Positions 26,215 to 39,397 of a stretch of DNA of 64,000 nucleotides are shown piece after piece; the first letter of the stretch is position 1, and every line of letters begins with the position of its first letter. Source of the DNA: Octopus vulgaris (Eukaryota). A program made the position numbers and the translations under genes. Location of the stretch: assembly GCA_951406725.2 (NCBI GenBank), contig OX597819.1, forward strand, positions 95,108,001-95,172,000, read 5' to 3'. Under the pieces are notes generated by a model. The model searched no databases and had not been told where the DNA came from. It saw nothing but the letters and a program-made list of their open reading frames with translations.

Positions 26215-28240
26215 TCACGAAGACGCCCGGCGTTGCCCGGGATCAAATATGAGGAACCTTTTTTTGTCAAAGATGCGTTTTGTATGGAATTATATTTGCT
26301 CATTTTTTTTTTATTTTGAGCAGTAGATTTGTATCTGAAGTTGGATTTTTTCATGTTGCCATGTGTGATGCTTTTAAGGTTGTATATACTGATAATTGTA
26401 ATTTTCATGATTTAAGGAAATCATGGATACGACAGATGAGAGCTCCGCAATTTCTGTTGAAGAACTTGCACAGATGATCTGTTTATAGTGATCAAATATT
26501 TGTGCTGTACATTCCCTCACTCCTTCCATCAAATTAACATTGTTGTTACACAGATGTACGGTGCGCTACACGTCAGATGTCGAAGTGATTGTAGAGCAAC
26601 ATGAAATGAAGTATTTTGATGAGGAACACAATGCACCGCCCGATTCGAGAACCAAAACCACGATCTTGCGATCGTGAATGGAACACCGTAACCACTAGAC
26701 CACGCGCTCTATCTTTATATCATACATTATCTTGGATTGTCCGGAAAGTTCGTGCCGATTTATAGTAGCTTACCTTTCGACTTATTTTAGAACATAGTTG
26801 AGTCCATAAAATAGGATTTGACTACACCTCCATTTAGAGTACAGTTTAAGCTATCTTTTCGTGGAAGAAGGTTTATGTTCCTATAATCTGTGTTAATTCT
26901 GTAACCCTTTAAAATGGAAGATAAGAAAGTTTATTTTCGGCACTTCATGCTTTGGAAACCAGACAAAAATTGCTGCAGCTCGGCTGGGATGTGTTACCAC
27001 AACCTCCATATTCACCAGATATTGCTCCTTCGGATTTCCACTTATTCAGGTCTCTGCAGAATAGTCTTAATGGTAAAAATTTCAATTCCTTGGATGACGT
27101 AAAAAAGATACCCTGATGAATTCTTTGCCATGAAACCACCTCAATTCTGGGAAGAGGGTATTTTCAAGTTAAAGGGAAAATGGAGACGCATTGTGCAACA
27201 AAATGGTTCATATTTAGTTTATTAAAAATGTGATGGCAAGTATTTATTGACCTTTTTCTTTCCTTTAAGAATCGGCACGAACTTTCCGGACAACCCAATA
27301 TATTGTTTTGTAATTCCTAATTGATATGCATCACTTATGTCTGCTAGGCCAACACGTAAGCATTCAATATAGAACTTTATAGGACTATTTTTGAGACTTG
27401 TTGATGGCTAATGGAAAATGACATATCTGATGGAATACGGGAAATGTGCGAAATGAAAATATTTTCTCCTTTGGTGGAACCAACCATAATGGTGGCTTCG
27501 ATCACATAAGGTGTTAGAGTTTTGACTGTTACAAGTCTTGAATCTTGGAATATCCAAATTTCGTAACATCGTGAGTGCTCCTACTTTCAGAGAGGAGACA
27601 CAACTGTAGGTTGGAGAGATTAGAGAAACTCTGTTGGAAAGTTAGCAACATCGTTAATGTTAGCTATAATGTGGACTGACTTGTACCATTAGGATTAGGA
27701 TGGTTGGTACCTGTTCAGTGATGGTGATACTGACATCCTGCTTAATGTCATTTTGAAAAGCAAGTGTGGCACATTCAGAAAGCCACTGACAGTTTCTATA
27801 ATTCAGAGATCGGCTAAGATAAACCTTCAGTGGTATTTCTTGAGATCTGTTGTTGCTTGTTCCACATTTTCTTTGTATTTTGTAGATCTCTAATCTTTGT
27901 ATCAACTGCTTTCGGTTGAAGCAAAATTTTGACAAATAGGGCTACTGAGACTTCCCATTAAGTGTAACTGTCGTATTTTCAGAAATATAAAGTTTTTTGT
28001 CTTCACATTTCCAAATATAAGTTTCTTTGGGACATGCACTGTCTAAGTGTAACTTTCGCTATGACTGACAGAATTTGCCTGAAATCACCAAAAATCAAGA
28101 TCGTTTGTGACTTCACCATGATTTTAGTGTTACCACTTAACTATAATTTTCTGTGCTGTTCACCATCCATTCCTCAACATCTTTGGAACAATTACCAAGA
28201 AAGCATGACAGAAGATATACTGTGTTATCAAGCATAACAA
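26215..28240 (-). mobile_element. Degenerate autonomous-type Helitron 3' part (PIF1 helicase remnant plus terminal hairpin), interrupted by a mariner and a SINE
   Basis: Minus-strand motifs in the correct order between 28120 and 27345: GDFRQILSVI, NYRNCQWLSECATLA, FPTEFL*SL, LKVGALTMLRNLD, VIEATIMVGSTKGENIFI, AINKSQ. Hairpin CCCGGGCAACGCCGGG at about 26227-26242. Confidence 0.8.
26732..27298 (+). mobile_element. Internally deleted mariner element
   Basis: 29-bp TIRs TTGG(A/G)TTGTCCGGAAAGTTCGTGCCGATT with TA at the right end. MEDKKVYFRH is fused to LGWDVLPQPPYSPDIAPSDFHLFRSLQN. Confidence 0.92.
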
Positions 28241-28506
28241 GAGTAAATAGAATCCGAACCTGCAGTTTACCTCTGCCAGCCACAACCAAACCTTGATCAT
28301 AATTTTAACAAAATGTGTTTCTACATATTTGACACTCGCGCCATGCTGGGTACGGGTACTTCCACTAGTATGTGTGTGCAAGTGTATGTATATATGTATG
28401 TATGTATATATATTATATGTATGTGTGTATATATATATATATAATATATATATATATATAATATATACATGCATGCGTGTGTTTGTATATATATATATAT
28501 ATATAG

Positions 28507-28760
28507 CAATAATAATTCTCTAAAAGAGATATAGACAGTAACTGCTCGATAACATAAGGGACTAAAGCCATCTGAATATGGCTAGGGACAGGGCAGGGTG
28601 GTGGGGGTGTTACTGTTGCATTTAGCCCCAGGCGAACATCGACGTCGACGGTGTCAAGCCTTTCTGGTGACGTCGATGTTCGCCTGGGCTAAATGCAACA
28701 GTAACACCCCCACCACCCTGCCCTGTCCCTAGCCATATTCAGATGGCTTAGTCCCTTATG

Positions 28761-28764
<4 letters not shown>
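28507..28764 (+). mobile_element. Fold-back element (about 97 bp arms plus 5' extension), relative of 39398-39737
   Basis: Arms at 28549-28646 and 28669-28764. The extension CAATAATAATTCTC...CAGTAACTGCTC is homologous to 39398-39441. Confidence 0.85.
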
Positions 28765-28824
<60 letters not shown>

Positions 28825-28916
28825 GTGTGTGTGTGCGTGCGTGTATGTATGTATGTATGTATGTATGTATGTATGTATGTATGTATGTATGTATGCATGC
28901 ATATACAACACACGGA

Positions 28917-28947
<31 letters not shown>

Positions 28948-30176
28948 GCACGCACGCACACACGCACATATTACGGTAGAGATGTAGAAATAACCAGTAT
29001 TGTATCTGGGCCCGCTGTAAAACCACTTGGAGAAAGGGAAGTCCAAAACCAAACCCTAGCTGACTTATGTGCTGCATATAAGTGGAAAAGTGTATAAGAT
29101 CGTCTGATATAAAACCTGAGGTTGAAATAGCTTCCAGTTATGTCGTTCTTGTTCGTCACATGATATTTAATTATGGAATTGGTATAGAAAATGGTATAGG
29201 TGTCATCCTACATGTATATGTCACGATAACCCAATGATATGCATATGTCTCATGTGAGACGGCTACAGTCTGACATGAAGATCGTTGCGTGTATGTGGTG
29301 TATGTGTGTGTGTATATATATATTCAAAAATTACACTGAATAACGACAAAGGAACACACGAAAAATTTACACTTAAGACGTGGACAAGCTTTTTGCTTGT
29401 CATTATCTTCCAAAAATCATAACAATTTCGCGCCTTCAACGATACGATTGTTCATTTTGGTGGCATCAACAGCAAAAGGTTGTTGAGAATAGGTGAGCAA
29501 ACGTAAAAGACGGCAACGAAAACAACGACATAGGTTTTGGTACATAAATAAATATACAAATAAATACCTTACGGCTATGAGATAGCATTAAGATAAAACA
29601 GGACATGTGCAGAAATAACACTCAAGGAAATGATGTCCTTATAGGACTTGGAAGATGGAAAGAAAGGTGGAAGGATGGAAAAATAAATAGGAAGACACTA
29701 CGAAAGGCGGAATATATATATGTGTGTGTGTGTGTTAGTGTGTGTGTGTGTGTGTATGTGTATGTATGTATGTATGTATGTATGTATGTATGTATGTATG
29801 TATGTATGTATGTATGTATGTATGTATGTATGTATGTATATGTATATATAAGATCCAGGGATCGAGTTGAAGGAAGAAAGTTAACTTCAAGCAATCCGTA
29901 GTAAATATAAAAAACAACTTTCAGGGACAATAGTGGTTTATTGAGGCGGAAGGTTGTGGATTTTTTTCGTATCGAAGTACGACAAACTGAAAAAAGTTCT
30001 TTTTATATCTCACGGCCAGGTGTGCGAAAAAGAATACAAGAGTTACGGAATGGTATAGAAATGATCCGGTTTACACCTCGCCTGGATATTTACCACTTCT
30101 GAGGTTCCGCTCGCTATGAAACATTGAAACATCCATGTGGCCTGGATCTTATTTACTCCATTTCGTAAGCGATGTG

Positions 30177-30246
<70 letters not shown>

Positions 30247-30249
<3 letters not shown>

Positions 30250-30641
30250 TTATATATAAAAGTGAAGTTGTGTGTCTGTCTCCTACGATTTAGATTCCTA
30301 ACTACTCCCACATTTTGCGGTGCAGTTTAACCAAAACCGGGTATCTTATAGTCGTGATTCATATCGAGCCCTTCTGGGTATTAGCGCGCGTCTACGATGA
30401 GTCTACGATTTTAAAAATAATTTACCATCATTTTTTTCCATTTTAATGTATTTTTTCGCTATTATATAAGGGAAGTAGCTCTCTAAAAATGTCTACGATG
30501 TGTCAACGATTTAAAAAAAATTTACCATCATTTTTTTCCATTTTTAATGCATTTTTTTGCTATTTTTTGGCTATAACTCTCTAAAAATGCTTAGATAGTT
30601 ATTTCCCTTACAAACCCGAGCAACGCCGGGTGATACTGCTA

Positions 30642-30642
<1 letters not shown>
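30247..30642 (+). mobile_element. Non-autonomous Helitron
   Basis: Starts A|TC and ends CTAG|T. Subterminal hairpin CCCGAGCAACGCCGGG, no TSD, and an internal direct repeat of about 100 bp. Confidence 0.8.
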
Positions 30643-30706
<64 letters not shown>

Positions 30707-31355
30707 ACGCATATATATATATATATATATATACATACACAATTTGTTTGTGTGTGTGTGTATCATTTGCGCCTGTTTCTTCGTCGTCGTCCTGTGCTAC
30801 ATTTTACTGTATATCATACATTTGTATGTGTATATGTCTGTATAGTGTTGGGGGTACATATATTTGTGCATACACATAGAAAGAGAATACTGACTTGAAC
30901 AATGGTGAAATCTTTTCTGTTTGACTACACCTGTAGAAATCTTAAAGTTTAGTGAAAATTTTAAAGTTTGGTGTGTTGGTATAATTTTCCCCGCTGAATT
31001 TCAAGAAATAATTTAGTTTTTCCTAGAAAATTCTTTAAAACTGTTACAGGGTTTTGAAGTTTGATCATTTTTACCCAATCAGAAAACAGGATTTGGAAGC
31101 TGTCATTTTGTGCGTGACAGCACGTGTTGTCAACTGTAAACAAATGGACAGAATTCTGCTTTACGCACGCCATATAACCCCTCATAACCTTTTATTTTTT
31201 GGAATTTTCAGTGGTGCGTATATTTATAGATATGTTAGGGTAAGAATAATATAAATTGTCTGTGGAATTTTTTGTCTTAAGAATTGGGGCTTATCATTAT
31301 ATCTCTGGTGTTAGGAGTGTGACATTTGAAACGTATCATGGATAGAACGCTAGTC

Positions 31356-31780
31356 AGATTTTTTCGGTTTGAACGGCAGTTTTTAACATAATTTCTAGGT
31401 AACTAAAAAATTTTAAACTTCGTATACTGGTAGAATGTGTTTATAAAACATCTTTTTCTTTTGGCTTTACTGAGAAAATTCTATAGTTTGTAAGATATTT
31501 GTTGTTGTTTTTCTTCAATTTCTGCAATTTCAACCAATCAATGACATCTATTGAGGTAAAAAAAAACATTCTGTGCTGTATGAATATGTCCCTCGTTTAA
31601 GAAACAAATTTGGTTTATTTACATTTGTGAAGAAAAAAAGAAACCCTTCCCCCCAACCTAACCCTAACCCTAACCCTAAAACAGACTGAAATGCAACAGA
31701 TCGATACTAGGGTCATAATTATGGGTGACAATTTCATATGACACCACTAGAAAAAACTGCCGTTCAAACCGAAAAGATCC
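31356..31780. mobile_element. MITE with about 30 bp TIRs and 8-bp TSD, containing (CCCTAA)n
   Basis: TIR GGATCTTTTCGGTTTGAACGGCAGTTTTTT; TSD CGCTAGTC at 31348-55 and 31781-88. Confidence 0.88.
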
Positions 31781-31876
31781 CGCTAGTCTGCTGATACGTA
31801 AAATTCCCGGGTAGTTATATATAAATTTCTATATGCATGTATATTTGTATCTGTTTCTTGTGTGTGTGTATGTGTG

Positions 31877-31944
<68 letters not shown>

Positions 31945-31947
<3 letters not shown>

Positions 31948-32340
31948 AATGGTACAGAACCTTTTGGAGATCTCTTGTTTGCACCTGAGATCATGGCATT
32001 CCCACATTTCTGAGCTTGCGACCCATATTGGCACTGAATATCTTGCTCTGTCTTGTTTTCGGATCATGTCATAAGGGTGAAGAAGGTACATGAGGTATTG
32101 TGCAAGCCTTATTGGACCTAAAATTTTAGTTGATGCAATCTCTGGTAAGGTGACTTTGCGATGCCCGGTCGATTTGGAGAGTACCGCAGCGAGCATGGAA
32201 TCCGCGGGCGCGGGCCCGGGTTAGGCCGACCGCAGATGCAATACCTTCATGCACGGTCATTGCTGGCATCTTTCATGGACAATGGTCATTGATGGTCTTC
32301 TTCAGTTATGCGGACTGCCATCATCATCATCATCATCATT
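31945..32340. repeat. Second copy of the 11870-12530 repeat
   Basis: Colinear similarity with 12150-12530. Confidence 0.7.
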
Positions 32341-34547
32341 TTCATAAACACATACACATATATTTATGTATGTATCTATGAATATATGTGTGTATATATG
32401 TATATATTTATACACACATGTATGTAAGTAAATCTATATGCGTGTGTGTGCGTTTGTGCATCCTAAGTGCTTGGTAACAGTCTTGTGTTAGCAAAAAATA
32501 TACAATTTACAAGTTTGGATAGATATATATGCCACGTGTAAAACAGCAATTCGGCGTTTAGAGGCTCTAACTTCATTCTATAGACAATCTTTTTACTTTA
32601 TCTCAGTTGAAAAATATCTTATTTTTCTTTCAGACAAAGTGACGGCCTCAAAACCTAAGATTCCTTTTTCTGTCACGGCATATAAATCCATCCGAATTTA
32701 GGACTTTTATAGAATAATGTTTGCTGTTTATTATGCTGATTTCTGCACTTGTATATTTACATATGTGTATGCTTTGTTATTGTCCTCTTTCCGTTTTATA
32801 TTCCGTTCATTTTTTAAAGCTCGTTGTATTGCCTTCCTCTCCCACCAACTAGTTTCCTGTAAATGGTTTACTCAACTTTCACGCTGACAGTGCGTGTGCG
32901 CGTTTACAAGTTTATATGCCTTAGTATGCGTCTCGGATTAGCGTGAATTGTCCCAGTTTAAAGACTTCGTCACCACCTATTAACCGGTCTCTAAGATTTA
33001 ATCATTGTAAGGAAAATTACTAATATTTAATACCATAGGATGGACGTTTCTGAACATCTTTCACTCATAATCATTACATAAGTACAAATTTATATTTTGC
33101 CCGACACAACGAACCAGCCTCCATGTGGTTGTTCGATATGCTAGAAAAGCAACCAAAACTTCATTGAGACTTAAAAAAAGAAAGTATATATTTGATAAAG
33201 TAGTCCTAAGTACACTTAAGTCTGAAAATAAAACAGATGTTCATGGTTGGAACACCTTTGATCAAAAGCTTTTGATCATTTAGAACTCAGCCAACTAGAT
33301 CTGACGATTTAACCACTATATAATCGTTTGACGTTTAGAAATATCAGCCAAATGTCCTTTAGATTATAGATAACCGTCTTATACAAGGATACCTTTGTGC
33401 ACATTTTAATTAGTGGTGTCGATTATACGATGAAACCATGTTAGACCATGACATTTCCTCATCATTTCTCTCTGCCTTGGAAACAGCTGAAATTCAGTTC
33501 CTCACCAACACGAAATCTTCGAAAACTGTCATCAGATCCGAACTAGTTGAATTAATATTTGTCCACTTCATACGACTGTACTTGACAATAGATGAGGGCT
33601 CGCGAAAATTCGAGAGACGTTTTTCGGTTCTTTATAGAAATAAACGGACTTTTGTGGGCAACGTGCTTATTTAGTCTTAAATTCTTTGAGTTGTCAATGA
33701 TAGTCTGCAAATTTTGTGATTGTCCAGACTCTGCTTGATCTCATCTGCGTACATTCACTAGCTGGAATGATTGTCTTCCCTTGCATTTATCACATCTGCA
33801 GAGGACATGGTCGCAACTCAAAACATACAAGATATTTTGTTCGACGCGATTTCTGGTACAAGTGCAGGAATCATAAATTTAAAGTCAATCGAATTATACA
33901 GTATTATATTACTGGTATATATTCTCTCGACCCGGGAGCTATGAATGTTGAAATCAACATTTCTGTTTACTATTATACTAGAATATAAAATAAGTTTCTT
34001 TTCCCTGAAATTTGTTTCTATTTACCTGCTGATAAAGCTGTGGAATATATTTATATACATGTTGTTAGTCAGTAATATAGTACAGCGAAATATATATAAG
34101 ATATACATATTTATTTTAATGCATATTTTGTCTTTTCAGTTCATTCAGCACTTTAAATGAACTTTGCACTGTCTGTTTATCTGTCTGTCCGTCCGTCTAT
34201 CTGGCTGTCTTTATATGGCTGTTGCGTGTGTGTGCGTACGTCTGTGTGTGTCTGTTTGCGTGTCTGTACGTCCAATTTTATGTACAAATGAGACACTTGA
34301 GTGAAAGTCTGTAAGGTATTTCCTGATTTGAAACGTGCCATGATACACAAATCTATACATGTTTCTTTGAGCATACTTGTAAATGCTTTTTATCTGTGAG
34401 TGAGTATGTGTGTCTTGTTAGAATTTTTCAATCAAGCGTTAAGACGAAATTAGGACTGATTTTACAGACAGAAGGCCCCTCTCTTGATGTTGCAATTCTC
34501 AGTTACCAGCTGATGACGTCACGCGAAACAGCTGCATCTGTTGATTT

Positions 34548-34692
34548 TGTTTTGTTGTTGCTCCTGCTGCTGTTGTTGTTGTTGCGGCTGCTGCTGCTGC
34601 TGCTACTGCTGCTGTTGCTGTTGTTGTGTCTGTTGCTGTTGTTGCTGTTGTTGTTGTTGTTGCTGCTGCTGATCTCTTGCTGTTGCATTGTT
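34548..34692. repeat. Mixed (TTG/CTG)n trinucleotide repeat
   Basis: Directly visible. The poly-Q/L/A/S ORFs here are artefacts. Confidence 0.9.
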
Positions 34693-34730
34693 GATACAAG
34701 TAAACCTTGAAAAAGGATGTACAATCGAAA

Positions 34731-34941
34731 ATAATTTGCTCTTAGCATTAAAACTAAGTGAATATACATTTTGACACACACACACATCACACATGTGTGT
34801 GCATACACGTATGTTTGTCTGTATATGTATATAGATTTGATACTCGGAGCAGATTGCTTTCAATTGTACTATATATATATATATATATATGTATATACAC
34901 ACACACACGCATATATATATATTATATATATATATATATGC

Positions 34942-34986
<45 letters not shown>

Positions 34987-35137
34987 AATTGAAAGCAATC
35001 TGCTCCGAGTATCAAATCTATATACATATACAGACAAACATACGTGTATGCACACACATGTGGAATGCGTATGTATGTGTGTGTGTGTGTGTGTCAAAAT
35101 GTATATTTACTTAGTTTTAATGCTAAGAGCAAATTAT
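34731..35137. repeat. About 200 bp-arm inverted duplication centred on a TA tract
   Basis: ATAATTTGCTCTTAGCATTAAAACTAAG...CTCGGAGCAGATTGCTTTCAATTGTACTA is mirrored around about 34922. Confidence 0.92.
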
Positions 35138-35264
35138 ATATATACATATATATACACACACACACACACACATAATATATGCGTATATGTGCGTATGTGT
35201 GTGTGTATTGTGTGCGTGTATGTGGGTATACGCACACACGCAAGCACGCATGTACACACACACA

Positions 35265-35322
<58 letters not shown>

Positions 35323-35978
35323 CCTCCATAATTTACGATACTGCGTCATTCTTTCAAAGTACATCATGGGTACGTTTGAAATATACAATTACCTTCTCAA
35401 TTTATCTTTATATCTAAGGAGTGGTCTCCCAACATCTAGCGCACCATCGTAAACTTGGTTGTAGACCCTTGGGTAGACGTTAGAAAATGTTATAAGATAT
35501 TATAAAAGACATTAAGTCCTCAAGGTTAAATGTGCTAACAATGAATAGGGAAAAACGGAAATACGAATCCAACTTGTCACCAGTCTATTCTGCTCGTTCT
35601 GCCATGTGTGAGAACTGTGGCTTTTTGTTTGAAAACTTAGAGCGAGTTTGATGTCCCATTGTAGATTTGTAGACACAAGCGCTAGATACTTGACTAAGCG
35701 GTTGGACCCCCATCAGTCAAAATCGCATACTGTGTGTACATGTATGTGTGTGTGTGTGTGCGCGTGTGTATACATGTATAGACACAAATATATATACACG
35801 CATGCAGATGCTGACACAGACACAGCCATACAAATCGCTGAAATTTTCCAACTGTAGCCTTGGTTTTCTAGCTATAGTAATACATCGCGCGCGCGAGCGC
35901 GTGAGTACGTTCTAAAGGGGTGAGCTAGTAAAACATTTCATGTTTCTGAATCAATGTCCTTGATAATCTATCTGTCTG

Positions 35979-36037
<59 letters not shown>

Positions 36038-36159
36038 GTCTGTCTGTCTGTCTGTCTGTCTATCCATCTACCTTTATATGTCTCTATATATGTGTGCGCA
36101 TGCGTGTGCATGTGCGTGTGGGTGTCTCTGTGCGTGTCCGTGCATTGCAATTTTTCTTC

Positions 36160-37615
36160 CATTACACTCAAAAGATGCGCGCTCGAACTTGCTCCTATTT
36201 TTACCAAACCCTGTAATCTCTCACTCTATGGAGAAATACCCTGATATTTATACGTACATTTCACTGTGTTCCATTTCAAAGAATCACAATTCTGACCCAA
36301 CCAACAGTCGCCATATTGCTTTCACCTCTAAGATTTCTAAGACAGCCAGTAACAACGACATTCTCCAAAATCTTGGACAGCTCTCCCCTCATTGAACATC
36401 AGAGCTGGATTTACTGGAGACCTATTCACTTAAGTCACTCACCAATGGACTCTCGCTTATGGGAAGTTTGGTGAAAGTAATGATGTCGATGTAGACTTCA
36501 GCAAAATTCAGTATACAAATCTATCAAATCTTCCTGCATATCGGTTCCACTAATCGCTCTTCTCTCTTCTCTTGGTTCGGTAGCTTCCTATCTGATTGTG
36601 TTGAGTTAGCTGTTTCTGCGGCGGTCTCAGTCAACTCTGATTGTCCCCAGGGTTCGGTTTTGTCTATCACTTTTTCTTTCTATGCATCAATGACTTACTT
36701 GCTGCAACAACGCCCATTCTTATGCAGGTGACATAACCTTTCCGTTCTCCCTAACTTTCTCCAACAATGCATCATCCACGCACAACCTAGACACCGCACG
36801 CCTAACCTGAATTGGGTCCATAAACGGAGATCTTGAGAACATTATTCAGTAGGGCGATGCCAAACCTGTTTATTTTAATAGCAAGAAAACTCAATCACAA
36901 TTCATTTTAAGAAAACATTACTGTATCACATCCCCATTAAACATGAGAGACATTCAGCTATAGTCATAACCGTCGCTGAAAATGTTGGGCCTCACTGATA
37001 CTGAGGATTTTTCCCAGTGAAAGCACAACTTTATCATTGCCAGAAATGCATACCAAAGACTAGACCTTCCCTTCAATTCTAGATAATATTTCAGCACCCC
37101 CAACACAGCCGACACTCTACAAGGTGCAAGTGATGAAGTGATGCCCACATTGAGGTACTGTTTCACATCTGAGACGGTGCTGCTTCAACGCACATTATCA
37201 TTCAGGATCATCACTTGACTAATAGAATTTCAGTCATTGACAGGCACGCTCCGACCTCCTTTAACAAACATACGTGCTTAATCTCTCTCCCGTCTCCTTC
37301 TATCTCTGTCTCTCTGTCTCTGTCTGTCTCTGTCTGTCTGTCTCTCTCTGTCTCTCTCTCTCTCTCTTCTCTCGCTACTATGATAGTCTTTGTTCTTCAG
37401 ACTTTGTTGGCCTCATATCTCCATCACGCAGACACTATCGACCCACTCGTCTTCCTATATCCTGTCATTCTTGGTGCATCCAAACTGCTCGGTCCCTTAG
37501 TAACCATTTATGCCTCTATGTTTTTCACAGAACCTCGGCCCTATGAACTCTTCTCCCTACTCATGTCTTTCCTGCTTGTATTAACCTGAAACAGTTTAAA
37601 AGAAACATTAATTGC
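36160..37615 (+). mobile_element. Degenerate CR1/Jockey-group LINE, RT to 3' end
   Basis: LKRCALELAP, DPTNSRHIAFTSKISK, PQGSVL, YAGD (catalytic-box remnant), LYKVQ, LPTHVFP...KQFKRNIN. Confidence 0.75.
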
Positions 37616-37769
37616 ATTAAATTCACTAATCTCGAAGGATTAGTGAACTCCTTTCTCATTCGTTCGACAAAATTCTGTATTCTTGGTATTAGAATGAGGC
37701 ATTAAGAAATAATGGGTTTTCCGATAAGATTAGATATAAAAAAACCTGGGGGTGCACAGCATAAAGATA

Positions 37770-38400
37770 GGAATAGGAAAATAATTTTATTGTTGAACTC
37801 AATATTTAACCTAGTACTAATATAGCTCGAGATTTCCTTAGTTTAATAGATAACTATTTTCCACCAGGGCATAAGTATAGAAAGATATTAAATAGGAATT
37901 GTGTTAAAGTTAGTCCTTCAACTTATATGAATTCCAGTTGTCATATCAGCTGCAATGCTGAATGGGAAAGAGAGGCAAATAGTTAGCCATCGAAGATCAT
38001 GCACCTTTAGAATTCATCAGAACTGCCCGCTAAATGATAACTGTCTGGCAAAGCCTGAGACAAACAGCAGAGATAAGCTTAAAATCTATATTGGGGCACC
38101 ATTCACTTGTCAGTCCTATTAAAATACACTTCAGCTTTGTCGAAATTTATATCGTTCTTGCATGAGACAGTTCCTCACAATTCAGATGTATCCAGTCGAT
38201 TGTATATAGGGCACAACTATATATAAGAACAGTAGCTTCACATAAAAAATGCAATATGACAGTTGTTTGAGGGAAAAATTAAGAATTTTAACTCAAAGCA
38301 GTAGCAACTTGAACAAAAGGACGGAACTACTAACAGCTTGTATGCATAGATCAAAGTATCTCTTATGTGAATGCAGCTTCCTTGAACTTCGTCCTGGATT
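37770..38400 (+). mobile_element. Penelope-like 3' fragment (linker plus GIY-YIG)
   Basis: TNIARDFLSLIDNYFPPGHKYRKILNRNCVKVS; CPLNDNCL; KIYIG; CLREKLRIL....LNKRTELLTACMH. Confidence 0.85.
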
Positions 38401-38473
38401 GTAAAAAGTTTAATTGATATACGTATATATAACTAAGTAGGTATGTATGTCTGCATGTGTATGAATGCGAGTG

Positions 38474-38523
<50 letters not shown>

Positions 38524-38538
38524 ATATATATATATATA

Positions 38539-38585
<47 letters not shown>

Positions 38586-39397
38586 GTATATATTCAATTT
38601 GCATATATATATGTATGTATATATATATGTGTGTATATACATATATATATAAGCAAATTGAATATATACGCTTACACATATATCTCTATGTATATGTGCG
38701 TAAAAGTGAGAGAGAAGGGGAGAGAGAGAGTGCGTGCGTGTGTGTGTGCGTGTGTGTGTCTGTGTGTGTGTGTGTCTGTCTGTGTGTCTGTGTGTGTGCG
38801 CGCGCTTATGTGTGTACATATACACGTGTATAGGTCTATATGTATATTCACAGGCAGCCGTACAACGCAGACACGTACGCACATTCGACGTTTTAAAAAT
38901 ATTACTTAAAAGTATTAGTTTAAGATACTACGCAACAACGCATTTCCATGAAGGAAGTCGTTAGAGTGACTCTCTTGTATGAAGCTTAAGGAGAGTGGGA
39001 TATTCCCACGAGTGCCAGAAATAAAATGAAAAGCGTGAGCTTTAAACAACTGTTTTTTTATGTGTCGGTCGCAAGGATTTTTATTTCTAAAGGGCATAAA
39101 GATAAGCATTTTCTTCATAACCATATATTATTTCAAAAATACATTAAAACTATTTTAAAGGAAAAGCCGGCTCGGATTACCCGCTAAATGACTGGAAACG
39201 TCTAAATCTGGAATTCGGAGCTTTTCTGTTATAATGTATGTATGTATGTATGTATGTATGTATGTATGTATGTATGTATGTATGTATGTATGTATTTGTA
39301 TATATCAGTGGTTCCCAACTTTTTCACTGTCAAGGACCTCTTTTATTTAAATGAGTTTTCCCACGGACCCCTTTTAATATGCTTATCCTTATGTATG

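Noticed and set aside
29300-30170. Possible very old mariner remnant
   Set aside because: Only vague motif echoes; cannot be supported by eye.
31650-31680. Telomere or chromosome-fusion relic
   Set aside because: Only about 4 units, and they lie inside a TSD-flanked MITE.
34396-35097. Poly-L and poly-Q ORFs
   Set aside because: Trinucleotide repeat with no supporting exon structure or domain.
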